Position numbers and translations under genes: made by a program. From the human T2T-CHM13v2.0 reference genome, Homo sapiens, in the NCBI RefSeq assembly GCF_009914755.1, contig NC_060940.1: a DNA stretch of 64,000 bases; one strand, 5' to 3'. The notes under the pieces are model-generated. The model saw only the letters and a list, made by a program, of their open reading frames with translations, did no database searches and had not been told where the DNA came from. Each line of letters starts with the position of its first letter. Position 1 is the stretch's first letter. Below are positions 1 to 14,123 of this stretch, piece by piece.

Positions 1-3000
1 TCCATTCTTGTCCATTCGATGATTCCATTTGATTCCATATGATGATGATTCCATTCGATTCCATACCATGATGATTCCATTCGAGTCCATTCAATGGTGA
101 TTCCATTCAATTCCATTCGATGATTCCTTTCGATTCCATTCGATGATGATGGCATTCGATTCCTTTCAATCATTCCCTTTGATTCCATTCAAAGGTGATT
201 TCATTCAAGTCCATTCGATAATTGCATTCGATTCCATTCTATGATGATTCCATTCGAGTCCATTTGATGATTCCATTCAATTCAAGTCAATGATGATTCC
301 ATTCGATTCCATTCGATGATTCCATTGGATTCCATTCGATGATGATTCCATTCAAATCCTTTCGATAATTCAATTCAAGTCCATTCGATGATGATTCCAA
401 TCGAATCCATTCAAAGATTCCATTCAGTTCCATTCGATGATTCCCTTAGATTCCATTCGATGATTCCACTTGATTGCATTTACGATGATTCCATTCGATT
501 CCATGTGATGATTCCATTCAATTCTATTCAATGATGTCTCCATTTGATTCCATTCGACCATGATTGCCTTTGATTCCATTCAATGATTCCATTCGGTTCC
601 GTTTGATGATGATTCCGTTCGATTCCATTTGATGATTCCATTTGATTCCATTGGATGGGTCCATTCGATTACATTCGATGATTATTCCATTCGAGTGCAT
701 TAGATGATTCCATTCGAGTCCATTCGATGATTCCATTCGATTCCATTCGATGTTGATTCTGTTCAAATCCATTCGATGATTCCACTCGATTCCATTCGTT
801 GACTCCATTTGATCCCATTCGATGATTTCCTTTGATTCCCTTTGATGATCATTCCATTTGATTCAATTCGGTGATTTCATTCGATTCCATTCAGTGATGT
901 TTCCATTCGACTCCATTCGATGATGATTCCATTCGACTCCATTCGATTATGATTTCATTCAATTCCATTCGATAATGATTCCCTTCGAGTCCATTCGATG
1001 ATTCCATTCGATTCCATTCAACGATGTTTTGATTCGTGTCCATTCGATGATTCCATTTGATTCCACTTGATGATGATTCCATTCGAGTCCATTTGATGAT
1101 TCCATTCAATTCCATACTCCGATGATTTCTTTTGAGCCCACTCAATGCTTCCACTCGATTCCATATGATGATGACTCCATTCGATGAAATTCGATGATGA
1201 TTCCATTCGCTTGCTTTCGATGATGATTCCACTTGAGTCCGTTAGAAGATTCTATTCAATTACATTCCATGACGATTCCGTTCGAGTCCATTTGATGATT
1301 CCATTAGACTCCATTCGACGATGATTCCTTTCGATGTTATTCCATGATTCCATTCGATATCAATCGATGATGATTCCATTCAACTCCATTCGATGTTTCC
1401 ATTCGAGTTCATTCTATTATTGCATTAGATTCCATTCGATGATGATTCCATTCGATTCCATTTGATGATTGCATTCTGTTTCATTTGATGATGATTCCAT
1501 TCGAGTCCACTCGATGATTCCATTCGAGTCCATTTAATGAATCCATTGGTTTCAATTCTATGATGATTACATTGGATTCCATTCGTTGATGATTTCATTC
1601 GGTTCCATTCAATGATGATTCCATTCAATTCCTTTCAATGTTTCCATTCAATTCCATACGATGATGATTCCATTTGATTTGATTCGACAGTGAGCCATTC
1701 GATTCAATTCCATGATGATTCTATTTGATTCAATTGGTTGACATTTCCATTCGATTCCATTCGATGATGATTCCCTTTGATTCCGTTCAAAGATGATTCC
1801 ATTCTAGCCCATTCAATCATTCCATTCGATTCTATTCAATGATGATTCCATTCATGTCGATTTGGTGATTCCATTTGACTTCATTTGATGATGATTCCTT
1901 TCAAGTTCATTAGATGATTCCATTCGATTCCATTTGATGATGATCCCATTCGAGTCCATTCAGTGATTCCATTCGTTTCCATTCCATGATGATTCCATTC
2001 CTTTCCATTCAATGATTCCATTCGATTCCGTTTGATGATGATTTCATTCGAGTCCATTTGATGATTCCATTTGATTCCATTCGATGATGATTCCATTCGA
2101 GTCCATTCGATGATTCTATTCGAATCCATTTGATGATTTCTTTTGATTATATTTGGTGATGATTCCATTGGAGTCCATTCAATGATTCCATTCGATTCCA
2201 ATCGATGATGATTCCATTAGAGTCCATTTAATGATTCCATTTGATTCCAGTCTCTGATGATTACATTCGAGTCCATACGATGATTCCACTCAATTCCATA
2301 TGATGATGATTCCATTTGATTCCATTCGGTGATTCCATTCTATTCTATTCAATGGTGATTCCATTCGAGTACATTAGATGATTCCATTCGATTCCATTCA
2401 ATGATGATTCTATTTGTGTCCCTTAGATGATTCCACATGATTCCATTACATGATGATACTATTTGAGCCCATCCAATGATTCCCTTCGATTCCATTCGAT
2501 GAGGATTCCATTCGATTCAATTCATTGGTGATTCTATTCAATTCAATTCTTTGATTCCATTCCATTCCATTCGACAATGATTCCATTCGATTTCTTTCGA
2601 TGATTCCACTCGATTCCACTTGACATTGATTCCATTCGATTCCATTCAATGATTCCATTTGATTCCAGTGGATGATGATTGCCATCGATTCCATTCGATC
2701 ACTCCATTCTATTCCATTTGATGATGATTACATTCGATTCCATTTGATGATTCCATCTGATTCTATTCGAGGATTCCATTTGATTCCATTCGATGATGAT
2801 TCCATTCGAGTCCATTCGATGATTTCATTCGAGTACATCCAATGATTCCATTCGAGTCCATTAGATGATTCCATTTGATTCCATTTGAAAATGATTCTAC
2901 TAGAGTCCATTCAATGACTCCATTCGAGTCCATTCAACAATTCCATTCGACTCCATTCGATGATTCCATTCGATTCCATTTGATGGTTCCATTCGAGTCC

Positions 3001-6000
3001 ATTTAATCATTACAGTCGAGTCCATTTGGTGATTCCACTGGATTTCTTTTGATAATGATACCATTCAATTACATTTGATGATGATCCCATTCAATTTCAT
3101 TTGATGATGATTCCATTAGAGTCCATTCGATGATTTCATTCGAGTCCCTTCATTGATTCCATCCGATTTCATTGGATGATGACTCCATTCGAGTCCATTC
3201 GATGATTCCACTCGATTCCATTAGATGACTCCATTGGAGTCCATTTGATTGTTCCATTCGATTCCATTCGATTCCTTTCGAAGATTATTCCATTTGAGTC
3301 CATTCGATGATGATTCCATTCCATTCCATTCGATGATTCCGTTTGATTCCATTCGATGATTCCCTTCGATTCCTTTCTTTGATGATTTCATTCCATTCCA
3401 TTCAATGATTCCATTCGAATCTATTCCATGATGATTCCTTTCGATTCCATTCGCTGATGTTTCCGTTCAATTCCATTCGATGATGATTCCATTCGATTCC
3501 ATTCATTGAGGATTCCATTTGATTCCATTCAATGATGATTCCATTCTATTCCACTCAATGATTGCATTCAATTCCATACAATGATTATCCCATTAGAGTA
3601 AACTCAACGATTCCATTCAATACCATTCGATGATGATTCCTTTTGAGTCCATTCAATGATTTCATTCAAGTCCATTTGATGATTCCTTTCAATTCCATTC
3701 TATGATGATTCCATTCGAGTCCATTCGATGATTCCATTCAATTGCATTTGATGATTCCATTATATTCCATTCAACGGTGATTCCATTCGAGTCCATTCCA
3801 TGATTCCATTAGAGTACATTTAATGATTGCTTTGTTTTCAATTCGAAGATGATTACATTGGATTCCATTCTATGATACCATTCGATTCCATTCAATGATG
3901 ATTCCACTCAAATCCATTGGATGATTCCATTCGTGTCCATTCGGTGATTTCATTAGATTCCATTCGAGGATGATTCCATTCGATTCCATTCGATGATTCC
4001 ATTCAATTCCATTCGATGATGATTCCATTCCAGTCCATATGATCATTCCATTTGATTTCATTCGATGATGATTCCATTCGATTCCATTCGACGATTCCAT
4101 TCTATTCCATTCGATGATGATTCCATTCGAGTCCATTCGATCAATCCATTCGAGTCCATTTAATGATTCCATTGGGTTCAATTCAATGATGATTACATTG
4201 GATTCCGTTCTATGATTCCATTCAATTCCGTTCATTGACAATTTGATTCCATTCGATGATGATTCCATTTGAGTTCATTCGATGATTCTATTCGATTCTC
4301 TTCGATGGTGATTCAATTCTATTATATTGGATGATTCCATTCGATTCCATTTGATGTTGATTCAATTCGATTCTATTCGATGATGATTCCATTGGATTTC
4401 ACTTGATGATTCTATTCGATTCCATTCAATGATGATTCACTTCTCGTCCATTGGATGATTCCATTTCATTCCATTCGATGATGATTCCATTCGATTCCAT
4501 TCGATGATTCCATTTGATTCCATGCGACGGTGAGCAATTCGATTCAATTCCATGATGATTCTATTTGATTCAATTAGATGATGTTTCCATTCGAATCCAT
4601 TCCATGATTATTCCATTGGAATCCATTCGGCGATGATTCCATATGAGTCAATTCAATGATGATTCCATATGGGTCCGTTCGATGATAATTCCATTTGATT
4701 TCATTCGATGCTTCTATTCTATTCCAGTCGATGATGATTCCATTGGAGTCCATACGATGATTCCATTTGATTTCATTTGATGATGATTCCATTCGATGAT
4801 GATTACATTGGATTCCATTCTATGATTCCATTCAATTCCATTCGTTGATGATTCGATTCCATTCAATGATGATTCCATTTGAGTTCATTCGATGATTCTA
4901 TTCGATTCCGTTCGATGGTGACTCAATTCTATTATACTGGATGATACCAGTCGATTCCATTTGATGATTATTCCATTGGAGTCCATTTAGTGAATCCTTT
5001 AGATTCTACTCGACGATGATTCCATTCGAGTCCATTCGATGATACCATTCAATTCCATTCGTTGATGCTTCCATTCAAGTGCATTCGATGATATCATTCG
5101 ATTCCATTTGATGATAATTCCATTTGATTCCATGCGATGATTCTATTCGATTCCATTCAATGATAATTCCATTCAATTCAGTGATTCCTCTGGACTCCAT
5201 TTGATGATGATTCCATTCAATGATTCCATTCGATTCTATTCGAAAATGATTCCATTTGAATCCATTTGATGATGATTCCATTAGATTCCATTTGATGATT
5301 CCATTCGATTCCATTCGACGATGATTCCATTCGATTCCGTTTGATGATTCCATTCTATTCTATTCGATGATGATTCCATTCGATTCCATTCGATGATGAT
5401 TGGATTCGATTCCATTGGATGATTTCATTTGATTCCATTCGTTAATGATTTCGATCAATTCCATTCGATGATTCCATTCGATTCCATTCGATAATGATTA
5501 CATCCGAGTCCATTCGATGATTCCATTTTAGCCTGTTCGATAATTCCATTTGAGTCCAACCAATGATTCCATTCATTTCCATTCAATGATTCCATTCGAG
5601 TCCATTTGATCATTCCGGTAGGGTCCATTCGATGTTGATTCCATTGGAGTGCATTCGATGATTCCATTCGAGTCCATTTTAGGATTTGATTCGAGTCCTT
5701 TCGATGATTCCATTCGATTCCACTCGATGATGATTTCATTCGAGTCCATTCGACACTTCCAATCGATTCCATTTGATGATTCCATTCGAGTCCAATTGAT
5801 GATTCCATTCAATTCCATTCGATGATGATTCCGTACGATACCATTCTGTGATGATTCCATGTGATTGCATTCAATGATGATTCCTTTCGATTGCATTCGA
5901 TTATGATTCATTTCGTGTTCATTCTATGGTTCCACAGGTTTCCATTCGTGTCCATTCCATTATTCCATTCTATTCCATTTGATGATGATTCCATTCGATT

Positions 6001-6112
6001 CCATTCATTGGTGATTCCACTCAATTCCATTCAATGATTCCATTCCATTTCTTTCAACAATGATTCCATTAGTTTCTAATCGATGATCCACTTGATTCCA
6101 TTTGACGACGAT
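1..6112 (+). repeat. 6,112-bp higher-order unit, copy U1 (unit phase set arbitrarily at window base 1)
   Basis: TCCATTCTTGTCC at 1 recurs at 6,113; identical ORF-track peptides at 524 and 6,636 (offset 6,112). Confidence 0.95.
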
Positions 6113-8910
6113 TCCATTCTTGTCCATTCGATGATTCCATTTGATTCCATATGATGATGATTCCATTCGATTCCATACCATGATGATTCCATTCGAGTCC
6201 ATTCAATGGTGATTCCATTCAATTCCATTCGATGATTCCTTTTGATTCCATTCGATGATGATGGCATTCGATTCCTTTCAATCATTCCCTTTGATTCCAT
6301 TCAAAGGTGATTTCATTCAAGTCCATTCGATAATTGCATTCGATTCCATTCTATGATGATTCCATTCGAGTCCATTTGATGATTCCATTCAATTCAAGTC
6401 AATGATGATTCCATTCGATTCCATTCGATGATTCCATTGGATTCCATTCGATGATGATTCCATTCAAATCCTTTCGATAATTCAATTCAAGTCCATTCGA
6501 TGATGATTCCAATCGAATCCATTCAAAGATTCCATTCAGTTCCATTCGATGATTCCCTTAGATTCCATTCGATGATTCCACTTGATTGCATTTACGATGA
6601 TTCCATTCGATTCCATGTGATGATTCCATTCAATTCTATTCAATGATGTCTCCATTTGATTCCATTCGACCATGATTGCCTTTGATTCCATTCAATGATT
6701 CCATTCGGTTCCGTTTGATGATGATTCCGTTCGATTCCATTTGATGATTCCATTTGATTCCATTGGATGGGTCCATTCGATTACATTCGATGATTATTCC
6801 ATTCGAGTGCATTAGATGATTCCATTCGAGTCCATTCGATGATTCCATTCGATTCCATTCGATGTTGATTCTGTTCAAATCCATTCGATGATTCCACTCG
6901 ATTCCATTCGTTGACTCCATTTGATCCCATTCGATGATTTCCTTTGATTCCCTTTGATGATCATTCCATTTGATTCAATTCGGTGATTTCATTTGATTCC
7001 ATTCAGTGATGTTTCCATTCGACTCCATTCGATGATGATTCCATTCGACTCCATTCGATTATGATTTCATTCAATTCCATTCGATAATGATTCCCTGCGA
7101 GTCTATTCGATGATTCCATTCGATTCCATTCAACGATGATTTGATTCGTGTCCATTCGATGATTCCATTTGATTCCACTTGATGATGATTCCATTCGAGC
7201 CCATTTGATGATTCCATTCAATTCCATACTCCGATGATTTCTTTTGAGCCCACTCAATGCTTCCACTCGATTCCATATGATGATGACTCCATTCGATGAA
7301 ATTCGATGATGATTCCATTCGCTTGCTTTCGATGATGATTCCACTTGAGTCCGTTAGAAGATTCTATTCAATTACATTCCATGACGATTCCGTTCGAGTC
7401 CATTTGATGATTCCATTAGACTCCATTCGACGATGATTCCATTCGATGTTATTCGATGATTCCATTTGATCTCATTCGATGATGATTCCATTCAACTCCA
7501 TTCGATGTTTCCATTCGAGTTCATTCTATTATTCCATTAGATTCCATTCGATGATGATTCCATTCGATTCCATTTGATGATTGCATTCTATTTCATTTGA
7601 TGATGATTCCATTCGAGTCCACTCGATGATTCCATTCGAGTCCATTTAATGAATCCATTGGTTTCAATTCTATGATGATTACATTGGATTCCATTCGTTG
7701 ATGATTTCATTCGGTTCCATTCAATGATGATTCCATTCAATTCCTTTCAATGTTTCCATTCAATTCCATACGATGATGATTCCATTTGATTTGATTCGAC
7801 AGTGAGCCATTCGATTCAATTCCATGATGATTCTATTTGATTCCATTGGTTGACATTTCCATTCGATTCCATTCGATGATGATTCCCTTTGATTCCGTTC
7901 AAAGATGATTCCATTCTAGCCCATTCAATCATTCCATTCGATTCTATTCAATGATGATTCCATTCATGTCGATTTGGTGATTCCATTTGACTTCATTTGA
8001 TGATGATTCCTTTCAAGTTCATTAGATGATTCCATTCGATTCCATTTGATGATGATCCCATTCGAGTCCATTCAGTGATTCCATTCATTTCCATTCCATG
8101 ATGATTCCATTCCTTTCCATTCAATGATTCCATTCGATTCCGTTTGATGATGATTTCATTCGAGTCCATTTGATGATTCCATTTGATTCCATTCGATGAT
8201 GATTCCATTCGAGTCCATTCGATGATTCTATTCGAATCCATTTGATGATTTCTTTTGATTATATTTGGTGATGATTCCATTGGAGTCCATTCAATGATTC
8301 CATTCTATTCCAATCGATGATGATTCCATTAGAGTCCATTTAATGATTCCATTTGATTCCAGTCTCTGATGATTACATTCGAGTCCATACGATGATTCCA
8401 CTCAATTCCATATGATGATGATTCCATTTGATTCCATTCGGTGATTCCATTCTATTCTATTCAATGGTGATTCCATTCGAGTACATTAGATGATTCCATT
8501 CGATTCCATTCAATGATGATTCTATTTGTGTCCCTTAGATGATTCCACATGATTCCATTAGATGATGATACTATTTGAGCGCATCCAATGATTCCCTTCG
8601 ATTCCATTCGATGAGGATTCCATTCGATTCAATTCATTGGTGATTCTATTCAATTCAATTCTTTGATTCCATTCCATTCCATTCGACAATAATTCCATTC
8701 GATTTCTTTCGATGATTCCACTCGATTCCACTTGACATTGATTCCATTCGATTCCATTCAATGATTCCATTTGATTCCAGTGGATGATGATTGCCATCGA
8801 TTCCATTCGATCACTCCATTCTATTCCATTTGATGATGATTACATTCGATTCCATTTGATGATTCCATCTGATTCTATTCGAGGATTCCATTTGATTCCA
8901 TTCGATGATG
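6113..8910 (+). repeat. Partial unit U2 (unit positions 1-2,798), truncated at junction 1
   Basis: Offset 6,112 holds (ORFs 6,636, 7,003, 8,558) up to ...GAGGATTCCATTTGATTCCATTCGATGATG at 8,910. Confidence 0.92.
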
Positions 8911-11900
8911 TTTCCATTCGACTCCATTCGATGATGATTCCATTCGACTCCATTCGATTATGATTTCATTCAATTCCATTCGATAATGATTCCCTTCGAG
9001 TCCATTCGATGATTCCATTCGATTCCATTCAACGATGTTTTGATTCGTGTCCATTCGATGATTCCATTTGATTCCACTTGATGATGATTCCATTCGATTC
9101 CATTTGATGATTCCATTCAATTCCATACTCCGATGATTTCTTTTGAGCCCACTCAATGCTTCCACTCGATTCCATATGATGATGACTCCATTCGATGAAA
9201 TTCGATGATGATTCCATTCGCTTGCTTTCGATGATGATTCCACTTGAGTCCGTTAGAAGATTCTATTCAATTACATTCCATGACGATTCCGTTCGAGTCC
9301 ATTTGATGATTCCATTAGACTCCATTCGACGATGATTCCTTTCGATGTTATTCCATGATTCCATTCGATATCAATCGATGATGATTCCATTCAACTCCAT
9401 TCGATGTTTCCATTCGAGTTCATTCTATTATTGCATTAGATTCCATTCGATGATGATTCCATTCGATTCCATTTGATGATTGCATTCTGTTTCATTTGAT
9501 GATGATTCCATTCGAGTCCACTCGATGATTCCATTCGAGTCCATTTAATGAATCCATTGGTTTCAATTCTATGATGATTACATTGGATTCCATTCGTTGA
9601 TGATTTCATTCGGTTCCATTCAATGATGATTCCATTCAATTCCTTTCAATGTTTCCATTCAATTCCATACGATGATGATTCCATTTGATTTGATTCGACA
9701 GTGAGCCATTCGATTCAATTCCATGATGATTCTATTTGATTCAATTGGTTGACATTTCCATTCGATTCCATTCGATGATGATTCCCTTTGATTCCGTTCA
9801 AAGATGATTCCATTCTAGCCCATTCAATCATTCCATTCGATTCTATTCAATGATGATTCCATTCATGTCGATTTGGTGATTCCATTTGACTTCATTTGAT
9901 GATGATTCCTTTCAAGTTCATTAGATGATTCCATTCGATTCCATTTGATGATGATCCCATTCGAGTCCATTCAGTGATTCCATTCGTTTCCATTCCATGA
10001 TGATTCCATTCCTTTCCATTCAATGATTCCATTCGATTCCGTTTGATGATGATTTCATTCGAGTCCATTTGATGATTCCATTTGATTCCATTCGATGATG
10101 ATTCCATTCGAGTCCATTCGATGATTCTATTCGAATCCATTTGATGATTTCTTTTGATTATATTTGGTGATGATTCCATTGGAGTCCATTCAATGATTCC
10201 ATTCGATTCCAATCGATGATGATTCCATTAGAGTCCATTTAATGATTCCATTTGATTCCAGTCTCTGATGATTACATTCGAGTCCATACGATGATTCCAC
10301 TCAATTCCATATGATGATGATTCCATTTGATTCCATTCGGTGATTCCATTCTATTCTATTCAATGGTGATTCCATTCGAGTACATTAGATGATTCCATTC
10401 GATTCCATTCAATGATGATTCTATTTGTGTCCCTTAGATGATTCCACATGATTCCATTAGATGATGATACTATTTGAGCCCATCCAATGATTCCCTTCGA
10501 TTCCATTCGATGAGGATTCCATTCGATTCAATTCATTGGTGATTCTATTCAATTCAATTCTTTGATTCCATTCCATTCCATTCGACAATGATTCCATTCG
10601 ATTTCTTTCGATGATTCCACTCGATTCCACTTGACATTGATTCCATTCGATTCCATTCAATGATTCCATTTGATTCCAGTGGATGATGATTGCCATCGAT
10701 TCCATTCGATCACTCCATTCTATTCCATTTGATGATGATTACATTCGATTCCATTTGATGATTCCATCTGATTCTATTCGAGGATTCCATTTGATTCCAT
10801 TCGATGATGATTCCATTCGAGTCCATTCGATGATTTCATTCGAGTACATCCAATGATTCCATTCGAGTCCATTAGATGATTCCATTTGATTCCATTTGAA
10901 AATGATTCTACTAGAGTCCATTCAATGACTCCATTCGAGTCCATTCAACAATTCCATTCGACTCCATTCGATGATTCCATTCGATTCCATTTGATGGTTC
11001 CATTCGAGTCCATTTAATCATTACAGTCGAGTCCATTTGGTGATTCCACTGGATTTCTTTTGATAATGATACCATTCAATTACATTTGATGATGATCCCA
11101 TTCAATTTCATTTGATGATGATTCCATTAGAGTCCATTCGATGATTTCATTCGAGTCCCTTCATTGATTCCATCCGATTTCATTGGATGATGACTCCATT
11201 CGAGTCCATTCGATGATTCCACTCGATTCCATTAGATGACTCCATTGGAGTCCATTTGATTGTTCCATTCGATTCCATTCGATTCCTTTCGAAGATTATT
11301 CCATTTGAGTCCATTCGATGATGATTCCATTCCATTCCATTCGATGATTCCGTTTGATTCCATTCGATGATTCCCTTCGATTCCTTTCTTTGATGATTTC
11401 ATTCCATTCCATTCAATGATTCCATTCGAATCTATTCCATGATGATTCCTTTCGATTCCATTCGCTGATGTTTCCGTTCAATTCCATTCGATGATGATTC
11501 CATTCGATTCCATTCATTGAGGATTCCATTTGATTCCATTCAATGATGATTCCATTCTATTCCACTCAATGATTGCATTCAATTCCATACAATGATTATC
11601 CCATTAGAGTAAACTCAACGATTCCATTCAATACCATTCGATGATGATTCCTTTTGAGTCCATTCAATGATTTCATTCAAGTCCATTTGATGATTCCTTT
11701 CAATTCCATTCTATGATGATTCCATTCGAGTCCATTCGATGATTCCATTCAATTGCATTTGATGATTCCATTATATTCCATTCAACGGTGATTCCATTCG
11801 AGTCCATTCCATGATTCCATTAGAGTACATTTAATGATTGCTTTGTTTTCAATTCGAAGATGATTACATTGGATTCCATTCTATGATACCATTCGATTCC

Positions 11901-14123
11901 ATTCAATGATGATTCCACTCAAATCCATTGGATGATTCCATTCGTGTCCATTCGGTGATTTCATTAGATTCCATTCGAGGATGATTCCATTCGATTCCAT
12001 TCGATGATTCCATTCAATTCCATTCGATGATGATTCCATTCCAGTCCATATGATCATTCCATTTGATTTCATTCGATGATGATTCCATTCGATTCCATTC
12101 GATGATTCCATTCTATTCCATTCGATGATGATTCCATTCGAGTCCATTCGATGATTCCATTCGAGTCCATTTAATGATTCCATTGGGTTCAATTCAATGA
12201 TGATTACATTGGATTCCGTTCTATGATTCCATTCAATTCCATTCATTGACAATTTGATTCCATTCGATGATGATTCCATTTGAGTTCATTCGATGATTCT
12301 ATTCGATTCTCTTCGATGGTGATTCAATTCTATTATATTGGATGATTCCATTCGATTCCATTTGATGTTGATTCAATTCGATTCTATTCGATGATGATTC
12401 CATTGGATTTCACTTGATGATTCTATTCGATTCCATTCAATGATGATTCACTTCTCGTCCATTGGATGATTCCATTTCATTCCATTCGATGATGATTCCA
12501 TTCGATTCCATTCGATGATTCCATTTGATTCCATGCGACGGTGAGCAATTCGATTCAATTCCATGATGATTCTATTTGATTCAATTAGATGATGTTTCCA
12601 TTCGAATCCATTCCATGATTATTCCATTGGAATCCATTCGGCGATGATTCCATATGAGTCAATTCAATGATGATTCCATATGGGTCCGTTCGATGATAAT
12701 TCCATTTGATTTCATTCGATGCTTCTATTCTATTCCAGTCGATGATGATTCCATTGGAGTCCATACGATGATTCCATTTGATTTCATTTGATGATGATTC
12801 CATTCGATGATGATTACATTGGATTCCATTCTATGATTCCATTCAATTCCATTCGTTGATGATTCGATTCCATTCAATGATGATTCCATTTGAGTTCATT
12901 CGATGATTCTATTCGATTCCGTTCGATGGTGACTCAATTCTATTATACTGGATGATACCAGTCGATTCCATTTGATGATTATTCCATTGGAGTCCATTTA
13001 GTGAATCCTTTAGATTCTACTCGACGATGATTCCATTCGAGTCCATTCGATGATACCATTCAATTCCATTCGTTGATGCTTCCATTCAAGTGCATTCGAT
13101 GATATCATTCGATTCCATTTGATGATAATTCCATTTGATTCCATGCGATGATTCTATTCGATTCCATTCAATGATAATTCCATTCAATTCAGTGATTCCT
13201 CTGGACTCCATTTGATGATGATTCCATTCAATGATTCCATTCGATTCTATTCGAAAATGATTCCATTTGAATCCATTTGATGATGATTCCATTAGATTCC
13301 ATTTGATGATTCCATTCGATTCCATTCGACGATGATTCCATTCGATTCCGTTTGATGATTCCATTCTATTCTATTCGATGATGATTCCATTCGATTCCAT
13401 TCGATGATGATTGGATTCGATTCCATTGGATGATTTCATTTGATTCCATTCGTTAATGATTTCGATCAATTCCATTCGATGATTCCATTCGATTCCATTC
13501 GATAATGATTACATCCGAGTCCATTCGATGATTCCATTTTAGCCTGTTCGATAATTCCATTTGAGTCCAACCAATGATTCCATTCATTTCCATTCAATGA
13601 TTCCATTCGAGTCCATTTGATCATTCCGGTAGGGTCCATTCGATGTTGATTCCATTGGAGTGCATTCGATGATTCCATTCGAGTCCATTTTAGGATTTGA
13701 TTCGAGTCCTTTCGATGATTCCATTCGATTCCACTCGATGATGATTTCATTCGAGTCCATTCGACACTTCCAATCGATTCCATTTGATGATTCCATTCGA
13801 GTCCAATTGATGATTCCATTCAATTCCATTCGATGATGATTCCGTACGATACCATTCTGTGATGATTCCATGTGATTGCATTCAATGATGATTCCTTTCG
13901 ATTGCATTCGATTATGATTCATTTCGTGTTCATTCTATGGTTCCACAGGTTTCCATTCGTGTCCATTCCATTATTCCATTCTATTCCATTTGATGATGAT
14001 TCCATTCGATTCCATTCATTGGTGATTCCACTCAATTCCATTCAATGATTCCATTCCATTTCTTTCAACAATGATTCCATTAGTTTCTAATCGATGATCC
14101 ACTTGATTCCATTTGACGACGAT
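8911..14123 (+). repeat. Partial unit U3 (unit positions 900-6,112)
   Basis: Offset to U1 becomes 8,011 (1,018->9,029; 1,425->9,436; 3,870->11,881; 6,005->14,016). Confidence 0.92.

Noticed and set aside
2551-2572. Short pure (CATTC)3 runs suggesting HSat3
   Set aside because: They are only three pentamers long, sit at fixed positions in the HSat2 unit and lack extended HSat3 character.
5901-5965. Less satellite-like stretch (TTCGTGTTCATTCTATGGTTCCACAGGTTTCC) as foreign DNA or a splice acceptor
   Set aside because: It can be read as degenerate monomers next to the 16-bp indel, is present in every unit and has no supporting exon context.
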